Source: Atractiella rhizophila
Lineage: Eukaryota
Length of the DNA: 64,000 nt
Direction: 5' to 3'
NCBI GenBank assembly: GCA_021432655.1
Contig: MU271341.1
Coordinates: forward strand, 1-64,000
The translations under genes and the position numbers were made by a program. Below the pieces are notes generated by a model. The model worked only from the letters and a program-made list of their open reading frames with translations, had not been told where the DNA came from and did no database searches. Within the stretch, counting starts at the first letter, position 1, and each line of letters begins with the position of its first letter. This document shows positions 51,428 to 63,072 of this stretch, in pieces.

Positions 51428-51927
51428 ATGCTCTTGAATCACGCTTCGAAAGGTTTGTAGAATCGTATTTAACTGTTGTCATATGTTGAGACGGACAATG
51501 GGTGGCGCGGGTGATAGATCCCTTCGCTGACACTGGAGACGACTTTGTCGACAATCCTCAGGCTGAAGATTTAAAGTCAACGGATCCCAAGTCGGGATAC
51601 GTCCACATCCGAATTCAACAAAGGAACGGTCGAAAGACGTTGACGACCGTCCAAGGAGTTCCGAGCGAATATGATCCCAAGAAGATTTTGAAGTATTTCA
51701 AGAAAGAATTTGCTTGCAACGGAACGCTGGTGGAGGATGCAACTCTCGGAAGAGTCATTCAGTTGCAGGGAGATCAGAGGACCAAGGTCCTTCAATTCCT
51801 CACTTCGCCGGACATGGGCATTCGTGCGTCTTTTTCTTCACTCTGATATCAAACGGTACGGAAGTTCATTCTTGTTTTGTTTGTGTGGCGTTCAGCAAAA
51901 TCCGGCATCAAGATTCATGGATTTTAA
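51428..51927 (+). CDS. SUI1: Translation initiation factor eIF1, 3 exons
   Basis: MLLNHASK|DPFAD...YVHIRIQQRNGRKTLTTVQG...KKEFACNG...IQLQGDQR...IKIHGF*. Confidence 0.96.
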
Positions 51928-53015
51928 GCAAACTATGGATCATGGATCTCAATCCCAAACTCCTTCCCGTCAGTATCGCCGATATCAAACTTCATTCCGC
52001 TATCCCGACCCTATTTCTAAATGTCAGAGCCCTGAAATGTTGAGGAGAGGTTTGCACATGAGAGGTGGAGTGGAGCGTGCAGAGTGTCGACCTCCTTCTT
52101 CTCGTGACATCCATTGATTCTTAACCCACTTCCCCGCCTTCTATTGATATCTTTGTTGATGTTTGACGGCTGCTATTTCGCTCTCTGAGTACAGGATTGA
52201 GATCTTTGTTCTGTTATTAGTTCTGTATCCAACCCTCCTATTCTTTCACTTCTTTCGTTCTGATTCTGAACCTCTGCGGATCGTTAAGCCTCATTGAAAT
52301 GCTATTGATGTATAGAAACCTTGTTCTGGTGCCTACCTAATCACCAAGGCAGGATCGCTGCTGAGTGTACAAACGAAAATCCTATGACAGTCCATTGATA
52401 CTCTGATCCATCAACGCAACGCATAGATCGGAATCACAGACTCATCCACTATCATGAGGGGCAATTGCCAACTTGGGAAGAACGCAAACGCATTGAACCT
52501 CGCGAGTGGTAGGAAAAAACCAGTATACGTTGCTTGCGTCGCGGATGGTGGATGTCTTAGCCGTTTCGTCCTGTGCGTCGGTTGCCTGATGCGTTCGCAA
52601 CCTATAAAGACTCTCTACGAGTTTAGCATTGCGCTTGTACGCTTGGTAGTTCTTCCCGCCTTTCACCATCGACGCTTTTCGCAAAATCGTATGCATCACT
52701 CGCGCGTTTGTACCCAAATCAGGCTCGAGAGAAATGTCGAATCCGCTTCCCAATCTCGTCCCGCCTCCGTCTGCGCTTGTCTCTGCGTCTGCAGGCAGAA
52801 AAGGTGCGTCTTTCGCACTGCGTTGTGGCTGAGTTGATGAGTTGTGGTGCAAAACGCGTTGGTCTGACGCAGGAAAGGGAAAGAGAGGAGACGTGTGTTC
52901 TCTCTTTGCTATAAAAGCCTGGTTGATCTCAAGTGGAAAGCAGAAGAAGAAGTCACCTCATCCTTCAGTTCGACCTCCTCCTCCTCCACAATATCAGAAA
53001 GGTATCCTAGTCTCA

Positions 53016-53671
53016 ATGTCTACTCCTCCAATTCAAGAATCTCCTGCTCCATCCCTTACCGAAGAGCAACTTGCCAATGTCGCCTCGCTCGAGGAGAAAA
53101 TCGGGTATATTTTCACGGAAAAACATCACGCAGCTCACGCCATGGTCCACCGTTCGTCCTTTTGTCCTCTACTCCTTTGATGATTCTTGATTGGTATTCT
53201 TTCTACAGCCAGCTTGACACGTAAGTAATCCCCTCCAAATCCTGCATGAATTGATCCTTTTTACAGCCGGTGGAAACATGGTGCTTGCCCAAATGGGGGA
53301 CGCCGTGCTCAGGGTCGTAATGACGGAAGACCGATACTTGAGAGGACGAAGGGGGAAAGGTACCATCACTCCAATATTCCAACAAAGCTGACGGAGCATT
53401 TGCAGGCGACGTCGAGAACGACATGTCTGCGGCTCTTTCTGGAGGGAATTTGGCCAATTTGGCAGAAGATTTGGGCTTGAAAGACTTGATCCAACTGGGT
53501 CAAGGTCAAAATGCCCCAGTGGGCCAGAAGGCCATGGAAAGCTTCCTTGAAGCTGTCTTTGGAGCAGTTTACTTGGATACTGGTATTGACGGGGTGAGGA
53601 AGGTGATGCAGAAGATAGGTTTGGGCATCGAAGACGAAGCCAACGGCAAAGAACAATCGCAACATGTGTAA
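53016..53671 (+). CDS. Stand-alone RNase III domain protein without dsRBD, 4 exons including a 12-nt microexon
   Basis: LEEKIGYIF...AMVHP|SLT|PGGNMVLAQMGDAVL...NLANLAEDLGL...MESFLEAVFGAVYLD. Confidence 0.8.
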
Positions 53672-53736
53672 TTCAGCGCCTACATTTCCCTTGTTGTTGT
53701 TAAACGATGGAGACAAACAATTGGATTTATGTTATT

Positions 53737-54295
53737 TCAGACCCGCTCTCCCAGTTGCGTGCCTGAATTGTTGAATGGGTTGTCCGTATCGACATCGTAA
53801 GCGATGGTGTCTAAAGCATTACTCAGTATTTCTCTTCTTCTTTCGTAGACGGAACAATCCTTCAGCGAGTTCCAGTCTCATAGCATTGACAGCTTGATGT
53901 TTCTCGTGGGAAGCATATACACTGAGATCCGAAGGCTTTTCGAGGACCGCTACCAATCCCCAATTATATCCCTGCGTCCTCACTGTCTGAATAGACGGTC
54001 CAACTTCGACACTCTTCAATCCTAGCGATTAGTCAGTCGCATCAGCCAGAAATTCGAAACGACTCAGAAGAGGCGAGCCGCTTACCTGGAATGTGCCCAA
54101 CCATACCCTTGATCAAGCCGCCGAAAGTCTAGAACGAATCCACATAAACTCCCTACGACCAGCAGAGCATACCTTCAACTGAGCTTCGGTCGTCGTGCTC
54201 TTCACTCGAATGAGGACTGCAGACAAGCACTGATCGATCAGCTATGCCGATTTTGACCCAAAGAACTGCAACGAACCGATGTGATACAGAACCAT
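53737..54295 (-). CDS. Dabb-family stress-responsive alpha/beta-barrel protein, multi-exon
   Basis: MVLYHI|VLIRVK...GMVGHIP|GLKSVEVG...TQGYNWGLVAVLEKPSDLSVYASHEKHQAV...TIAYD. Confidence 0.8.
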
Positions 54296-54799
54296 TTTCA
54301 GCTCTGAGAGTTCCTTTCTTCGATCTAACGCGAGCGATGATTTGTCTGTGAGTACTACAGTACGATAGTGGAGTTGGACAGATTCGGAGAGTTTGATCGG
54401 GAAGTAATACCCTGTTATATAGTCGCCATAAACTCTAAACTCTGCTCCATGTTCCTATGAACTCGTGTGTCTGCGGATTTGGAGGAGCCTTCAAATTTGA
54501 GCAGGAGAACCTGTTGTACTGTCATTGCACAAGACGGATCAAATGTTACACGCTGCGAAATGATATATGGAGATGATACACAAGAAATGAAAATGAAAAT
54601 GGAACTCGTTCAACAAACAACTTCGAAGAATCGTCACGATAGCACTGGGACCATAGGTGTAATATAGCGAAAACGAAGAGAGAAACTCACTAGAAACGAA
54701 ATTATATCCACAAAGGGCAACGAATTAACCTTCGGAAAGGAAAGATAGAAAGGACACATGCTGAAGAACAGAGACAGTGCAGCGGCGGCACAAAGGTAC

Positions 54800-57700
54800 T
54801 CATTCCTCGTCGACGCTGGAAGAGCTCGAAGGAGGCAAGAAGATGTCTGATCCATAGCTCGATCCATGATGCGGCGCATAAGAACCGTAACTTGAAATGA
54901 AACCCTGCAAAAGGAACTAAGTTCATGGGTATAACCAAGGTGCAAGAAGAAACGTACAGTCCGTCGCTCAGTGACTACTTTTTGAAGCATGGCAAGCAAG
55001 TCCGGTTTCCGCAGAGGCTTAGTCAGGTAGTCGTCCTGTAGATCATTTAAGAATTGGCTTCCTGACCGGACACTCGAACTCACCATTCCAGCCGCAATAC
55101 ACTTCTCGCGGTCGCCCAACATTGCGTGAGCAGTAAGAGCAATGATAGGCGTCCTAGCCAAACGATGTTGCTCTTCGTGCTTTCGAATTAATCCAGTAGC
55201 TTCATAACCGCCCATGAAAGGCATAGAAACGTCCATCAATATTACGTCGTAGAACTGCGGTGAATGTAAGCAAAGAAAAAGGTTTAGTGGTAATAAGCAA
55301 ACGCACCACTTTCTTGATAGCCTCAACCGCGAGTGCTCCATTCTCCACAATCTCTGGTCGGTGACCTGCGCTCTCCAAGAACTTGACAGCAACTCGCTGA
55401 TTGACGACATCTAAACGGCATTAGCCTTCCACGTCACGTAACTTTTCGAGAAAACACACTGTCTTCGGCGAGCAAGACCTTGTAGGACTGATTGCCTTCA
55501 ACCTCCTTTCCATTACCCTTGTTGGCTTCCAGTGCAGGCAGGATACCGTTGTAGAGGTCCGAAGCATTAGTAGGAGATTCGATACAGTTGTGAACTCCGT
55601 TGTCCAAGCAGTACTTGAGATTGAGCATGGGGACCTGAGGAGTGACGAGCACGATGGGAATATACCGGAGAACTCAGCGTCGTCCCGCAGTTTTTGAACC
55701 AGTTCAAGCTTGTCGACGATAAGGACATCGTAATTTGGAGACACAGAAGGCAGCGTAAGAATCTCCTTGATGGACTTGACGATGGTGATGTGGAAACCAA
55801 GCTGCCTGGCTGCTGAAACGACAGAATCAAAGCAAACGCACCACTTTCTTGATAGCCTCAACTGCGAGTGCTCCATTCTCCACAATCTCTGGTCGGTGTC
55901 CTGCGCTCTCCAAGAACTTGACAGCAACTCGCTGATTGACGACATCTAAAACGGCACATTAGACTTCCACATCACTCAACTGTTCGAAAAGACATACTGT
56001 CTTCGGCGAGCAAGACCTTGTACGACTGATTGCCTTCAACCTCCTTTCCATTACCCTTGTTAGCTTCCAGTGCAGGCAGGATACCGTTGTAGAGGTCTGA
56101 AGCGTTAGTAGGAGATTCGATACAGTTGTGAACACCGTTGTCCAAGCAGTACTTGAGGTTGAGCATTGGGACCTGAGGAGTGACGAGCACGATGGGAATA
56201 TACCGAAGAAGCTCAGCGTCGTCCCGCAATTTTTGAACCAGTTCAAGCTTGTCGACGATAAGGACATCGTAATTTGGAGACACAGAAGGAAGCGTCAGAA
56301 TCTCCTTGATGGACTTGACGATGGTGATGTGGAAACCAAGCTGCCTGGCTGCTGAAACGACAGAATCGCCATTGCCACTCGTGTCCATGAACAGCATCGA
56401 CCTCGAATGGTTGGGTGTTGAGAGCTTCTGTCTTGCGGTGTCCATTTGCCACTCTCCAGGACGGCACTTGACGGTGAAGTAGAACTGCGATCCTAAACCG
56501 TACTCGCTCGCAACCCAGACCTCTCCTCCCATGAGGTTGACCAATCGCTTTGAAATGGTCAGACCCAGACCCGTCCCTCCGTACTTCCTGGTCATGGATC
56601 CATCAGCCTGGCAGAAGGTGTCGAAGATCAAATCAAGTTTGTCCTGCTTGATACCGATCCCAGTATCAGCGACGCAAAATTCGATGGCCCAAAGCCCGTC
56701 TTTGCAGTGGTCTGGTTGAAGTCTGCATGACAGAGTGACGGAACCTCGCTGGGTGAATTTGATGGCGTTGCCAACAAGATTGGTGATAACTTGACGGAGA
56801 CGGAAAGGATCACCGATAAGAAGGTCGGGGATGAGAGGATCACAAAGGTACTGAAGATCGAGCTTGCTCTGAGCAGCCTTGACGGCCAGAGTCTTCAGCA
56901 CACCGAACACGACTCCTCGAACCGAGAAACTGATTTCTTCCATCGTCATCCGACCAGCCTCGACTACAAGGGGCGTAAGTGAAAGCGAACTCTATGTTTG
57001 AAGAAACTCACTCTTCGAGATATCCAAAATGTCATCGATAATCCATAATAAGGAGTTAGCCAAACCAGATACGATAGTCAAATTCTCTCTTTGGGCTCGG
57101 GTCAACTCCGTTTCCAGAGTGACGCCAGTCAGACCAATGATACCGTTCATTGGTGTCCTGATGATAAGTTAGAGGATGCGATTGCGAACAATTCATATAC
57201 TGACCTGATTTCGTGAGACATATTGGCCAAGAACTCGGATTTGGACCTATTGGCGGTTTCGGCAGCCTCCCTAGCAGCGGTGTTCCTCTGTAAACTCTCT
57301 CGCAAGCTGAGAACCATTTGATTGATCTTTGTCTTCAGTGAATCCATCTCTCCGCTTGCCTCGACGGTGACGAAGGAGCTGAAATCTCCTTCCGTAGCTG
57401 CAGCAGAGATCTGTCCGAAAGCTCGCACTTGGGACGTCAAATTCATGGCCATCTATTTGCTGATTAGAAGATGGGAGGGAGCAATGAGCGGAACGCACGA
57501 TGTTGACGTTCTCGGTGATTTCTTGCCATGAGCCCTCGACATTGTCCACGTTTGCTGTGACGCCTAAATTGCCCTTTGTACCGACTTCCCTCGCAACTCG
57601 TGTCACTTCAGTAGCGAAAATTCTCAACTGGAATAGGATCAGTGCCGTCTCGACAAAGGGCTTGACAAGCATACTCGATCAATCATAGAATTGATGGTGT

Positions 57701-60700
57701 GTGCCAATGTTAGGATTTCGCCAGCGGCTTCCGTCGTAACTTTTAAGCTGAGATCTCCTTTGGCGACAGCCGTCTAGTTTAGGTCTCATGTCAGCAGGTT
57801 AAGAGAAAGGCGAAGACTTGAAAAACTGACTGTAGCAGCAGCAATCGATCGTACTTGGGCGGTCAAGTTCTACGCTCAAAAGATCAGTCGTTGCTCGTGG
57901 CACTTTAACGAACATACTTTAGCCATTCCGTTCACAGAATCGGTGAGATTGCGCCATTCGCCTTGAACACCTTCAACATTCGCCTGACCTCCCAACCGAC
58001 CTTCCGTTCCGACCTCGCGAGCGACTCTCGTGACTTCAGCAGCAAAAGTTCTCAAACTATCCACCATGGAATTGACGGTGACCTTCAACTCCAGAATTTC
58101 TCCTTGAGCCTCAACAGTAATCTTTTGGCTCATATCACCGTTGGCCACAGCTTTGGTGACGATGGCGATGGACCTGACTTGATCTGTCAAATTCTTCGCC
58201 ATTTGGTTCACGTTATCTGTCAAGTTCTTCCATGTTCCTTTGACGTTCTTGACTTGAGCAGAACCCCCCAAGATACCGTGCGTTCCGACATCCAACGCCA
58301 CCTTCTCGACTTCTGAACCGAAAGACCGCAACTGGTACACCATATCATTCACCGTAGTCTTCAACGCAGATATTTCTCCACGAGCTTCAACGTTGATAGT
58401 TCTCGTCAAGTCTCCTTCAGCGACGGACTTGGTGACAGCCGCAATTTCTCTTACTTGATCTGTTCGTGACAGTCAGCCAAAATTTAGCGAGATAATAGGT
58501 AAACGGACCAGTCAAATTCTTCGCCATGTAGTTCACGTTATTGGTCAACTCGAGCCATGTGCCTTCCACATCTCTCACTACAGCCTGACCGCCCAACTTG
58601 CCTTCGATGCCGACCTCCAAACTGACTCTGCTAACCTCGGCGGCGAAAATGCTGAGTTTCTGAACCATTGAGTTGATGTCCTGTTTGAGCAACAGCATTT
58701 CTCCTTCCACTTCAACATCGATGGTCTTCGTCAAATCTCCTCGAGCGATACCGGCTACGACTTCTGCGATAGACCGTACTTGAAGAGTAAGATTGGAAGC
58801 CATTTGGTTGACATTATCCGTGAGCAATTTCCTGTTATGCATAGCGGCAAAGATGCTGAGTTTCTGAACCATCGAGTTGATGTCCTGTTTGAGCAACAGC
58901 ATTTCTCCTTCCACTTCAACATCGATGGTCTTCGTCAAGTCTCCTCGAGCAATACCGGCTACGACTTCTGCGATAGACCGTACTTGAAGAGTAAGATTGG
59001 AAGCCATTTGGTTGACATTATCCGTGAGCAATTTCCTGTTATGCATTTCAACACTTCCTCCACGATTACAGATAGAACCATACCATGTACCCTGTGCACC
59101 CTCGACCTGAGCTTGACCACCCAACTCTCCCCGAGTTCCGACGTCGAGAGATACTTGCGTGACTTGGCCAGCAAAGCTTCGCAATTGGGTTACCATACCG
59201 TTGACGGTCTCCTTGAGATCCGCAATTTCGCCAGATGCCTCGACCTCGATCATTTGGTTCAAGTCTCCACGAGCGACGGCCGCGGTAACGCGGGAGATGG
59301 ATCGTACTTGTTGGGTCAAATTAGTGGCCATGGTGTTCACGCGGTCCTATCAATCGGTGTCATAAATCAGTTTCATGCGCCTTTCAGGTACAAGGAGCAG
59401 AATGAGACGCACTGTCAAAATCCTCCAAGTTCCTTCGACGCCATCAACGACGGCCTGTCCACCCAACTTGCCCTCCGTACCTACTTCGAGCGACACCCTC
59501 GTTACTTCATCCGCAAAAGTGCCAAGTCGAACCACGAAGTCGTTCATGCAGTCCTTGAGCTCGACCAAATCATGACCTTGAACCGGGACCTCAATCTTCT
59601 GGGTCAAATCACCGACCGCCACTGCTTTACAGACACGAGCGATATCCTGAATTTGCGCTTTGAGCAGTTTCAACTCTTGTTCGGCCGACAAGCCATCCGT
59701 GACTTCAAAGTTCCGTTGACCGTCCACATAGTCGTCCTCTTCCAAGACGGATTCCGAGGTGTTCGTTCGAGAGGCAGAGACGATCCCGAACGAGTCAGAA
59801 TCGGTCGAAATCACATCCTCATTTCCGATATCTTCGAATTCTTCCGACGTTCCAGATTCGGACAGGCTAGTCTTAGGTCTCATATTACTAGACATCGACG
59901 ACGCCCTCCCAGCTGGCGCAGACTGATCTACGATGACCGCTTTTATATCGCCCATGCCTCCGACGGGTACCACGCGAGGTTTCTTGATATTACCCACCCT
60001 CTTCGAGAGATGGAGATTAGACAAGAATTGTTGATTGGTAGACGCCACCTCTCCCATGCCCACCGAACCGACATGGACATCAGCCGCATTCTTGATAGAA
60101 TCCACCTTCTTTTCAGCCTCTCCCAGTCGCTTCGCGATCCTCTCCACCGAAGCCAAGAGTGCATCCGCTTCAGGCGGCTTTGTCAATCCGCCACCCAAGA
60201 GACCCATGAGGGTCTCAATGCAGGCGTCCACTTGGGCTTCCTTGCTCTTCGGGGCGGGAGCGGAAAAAGGTTTGACGGGTGGAGGTGGACGGCCCTCGTG
60301 GCTGGAGGCGGACGACGAACGTGAGGATGTGGCAGAGATTGGACGAGCCGGGTGAAGGTACGTCCCGATGTGGGTAGCGATGTGATCCGGCGAAGCCTCC
60401 ATCGCGGTGAGGAGACCAAGGATGAAGGCCGGAAACTTGATGTCCTCCGTAGAAGCTGGAGGCTTCAGAGTGGGAGTGGTCAGGTTTGTGGTTTGCATCG
60501 GAACTTGTTGATAGAGGGAGGCGAGATGTGGTTGGAATCCATTGGGGAACGACGTTGTCTTGGAAGTAGACATGGAGGGGGAGAGAGTCGCGGTGGTCGC
60601 GGCATGTTGAGAAGGAGGAGTAGTGTGGACGATATTGTGAGTCGATTCACCACCTCCCATCTTGTCGACGAAGGGAGTGGTAGCAGCGGTCGCAGTTGAA

Positions 60701-60858
60701 TCGGTGGATGACAGAGACGACGTTTCCGAAGTAGAATCTGTAGTGTAGGATAAAGGGGTTGTTGATTGTTCTGGGGAGATGATTTCAGGTGGTACCAACT
60801 CTGCCATCTTTTTCCCGCACGGGATCGCGCAAATCGGACAGAAAGTGGGGAACGACAT
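54800..60858 (-). CDS. NIK1: Group III hybrid histidine kinase (poly-HAMP, HisKA, HATPase, receiver; Nik1/Os-1 type); start at 60858 or 60807
   Basis: Repeated [23 protein letters not shown] units, [64 protein letters not shown]. Confidence 0.93.
55295..56367. repeat. ~535-bp imperfect tandem duplication inside the kinase gene (55295-55828 vs 55830-56367)
   Basis: Direct comparison by eye: the exonic substitutions checked are synonymous, the intron is diverged, and the 55295 copy has a 1-bp deletion. Confidence 0.92.
58640..59046. repeat. 204-bp in-frame tandem duplication in the HAMP region (58640-58842 vs 58844-59046)
   Basis: [18 protein letters not shown]...SIFAA occurs twice with identical protein and a few synonymous changes. 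Confidence 0.93.
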
Positions 60859-61577
60859 CAACACCTCAAACCGGTCCAATGTAAGCAAGGAGAGACTCAC
60901 CAAATGATCCGAGTGTGTATTATTTGGGGAAGAGTACCACCGACCTGAGTCTGTTTGGTGGTTCGAAGTGTGCTGGGATGCGGAGGAACGAAAATTAGAG
61001 GAAGCCTTCCTTATCAATGACGATCGGACGGTCGACGACGTCGAGATATTATGAAAACAGGAGGCTTAGAGGGACTGAATAGATGTAGATCTACTTGCAA
61101 ACACTAGTTGAGCATAAAAAATAAGGGGCATGTTGGCTGAGAGATTTGTCACCTTTCGATGCGAAAATCCGAATACACCAAACTTCTCCCACTTGCTAGA
61201 TCCTGATAGTACTTCCCCTTTTCCTCGACGTGGTCGACCTGAGAGGGACCAACTACGCTGAGGGAGTTGACACTGACTACTCTGGGGTAGAGAAGTGGAA
61301 GTGGAAGTGGCTCGTGGATTTCGAACCAGCGGGACGATACAACGTTTCTCAGGTTTGAGTGGCGTCAAGGTTCCGGTCAAGGTTCCGCTTAAACAAACCA
61401 AGATCACTTTCAGCGTTTCAACAAGGACAAACATTGCAACTTCGATTCTGAAACTGTCAACATAATACTGTACTCGTATTCGGAGCGCAACAAATAAGTT
61501 AGGTTCGTTGTATTATTTTGCGGGGTGCATTGCTGACGTTGAAAGTCGCCAGCACCACAGCAAGAAAACGAAGCGCA

Positions 61578-62935
61578 ATGTCCAATCCCACCCCATCCAG
61601 AACATCTGCACGGAAACCTGTTACTACTATCACGACTTTACTGAACACCCACATCTCAAAATGGCCTACTCGACGAATTCAAGGGCATCGCGGGATGGTG
61701 CAGTGCCTAGCATGGTCCTGCAACGGCCAGAACCTCGCTACTGGCGCCAATGACAAGACTATACGGTGTTACAATCCAGAACGTAGGTTTGTTTGTCCAC
61801 TAACTTTTTCTGGTGGATGCGGTGCCGAATCACTGAAGCATGGTTTAGGTGTCGAAACGACGAGTACAGAGTTCAGAGGACACGCTTCTAATGTCAATAC
61901 CGTCTCTTTCCATCCTTCCAACCCCCAATTCTTCGCTTCTGGGAGCGCAGACAAAACTGTCAAGTTCTGGGATCTGAGACGTTCGTCTCCATTTTCTCAC
62001 CTTGTTTCAGTATTCCCTGATGAAACTCTCGCTTTGTGTGGCTTAGAATCTAAGCCAGTGGGTTCGATAAATGTTGAACGCACACCTCTTTACATGGCTT
62101 TTCGACCCAATTCCGAGAACTTGGTGATTGGTGACGATAATGATCGATTACAGTTCATGGATTTTCGAGAATACAAGATTGTCCGTTCATGGCAGCCGAA
62201 AGAGGTTATTCTTCCTTCATCTCTCTCTTCCTCGGTAACGTTGAGGTACAGTCAAAGGCCCAAGTCAACGAGTTCCGCTTCGCGCCTTCAGGGCGAGCCC
62301 TAATAATTGCACATGGAGACCATCGGGCCAGCATTTATGAATATGAGACGATGAAGGAGATGCATGACCTTCTGTGTCACACAGGGCGGTATGTTTGTAT
62401 GGATATCGATCCGTCTGGGAGGTACGATTTCTCCAAGATTTCTTCTTCTTATTTTGTTGGTATGCTCACACAAGCTGGCTAGGACCATGGCAATTGGCGC
62501 ACATGACGCATTGGTATCTATATGGGACACCAAAGATTGGATCTGCACCGCCACTTATGCAGAATTTGAGTTCGTCCTCTCTTTCTTTATCCTTGTTGAC
62601 ACATAACAGAACCGCTGAAGACAAGGGTAGCCAATCAGTGACCAGCGTCTCACTTTCGTACGATGGGAAATACTGCGCCGCGACGACGGAGGGGGATAAC
62701 AGATTCGAGATTTTCGACACATCAAATGGCAAGCAGGTCCATCAGGTCTCCCCTGCTGATGGGCATGTGCAGGCTCTCGGTTCGTTCTCTTTCTCCTCTC
62801 TCGCATCCAAATGAGCGGTTAACTCGTTTTATGGTGTTCATTTCGATAGCTTTCTGCCCGACAAAACCGTATCTCGCTTATGCCAAGAAAGGCACACCGG
62901 AAGGAATGGTTTCTGTTTTGGGTTTGGATCGATAG
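61578..62935 (+). CDS. TEX1: WD40 protein, THO/TREX subunit THOC3/Tex1-like
   Basis: GHRGMVQCLAWSCNGQNLATGANDKTIR, MDIDPSGR|TMAIGAHDALVSIWDTKDWIC, VSLSYDGKYCAA, KPYLAYA. Confidence 0.75.
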
Positions 62936-63072
62936 CGCGATTCTTTCTCTCTTCTCTTGGCTTGTAGTTTTTCTTCGTCACTATGTGGTTTTTGTCTAAC
63001 AAAAGTACATTGCAATGGCATCGCTTATGCTTCACGGAACGGAGACTAACAGGTCGTAACAAATCATCAATA

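Noticed and set aside
52442..52852. 136-aa ORF on the - strand
   Set aside because: No recognisable family or coherent gene structure; cannot be supported without expression data
57300..59660. Repeated HAMP-like units as a novel repeat system
   Set aside because: Normal architecture of group III histidine kinases; only the 204-bp duplication is anomalous
58780..60324. 514-aa ORF on the + strand
   Set aside because: Antisense shadow of the histidine kinase coding sequence; no recognisable motifs
61290..61388. Short direct repeats (GAAGTG x3; GTCAAGGTTCCG x2) in the kinase/THOC3 spacer
   Set aside because: Too short to assign as regulatory sites or a CRISPR-like array
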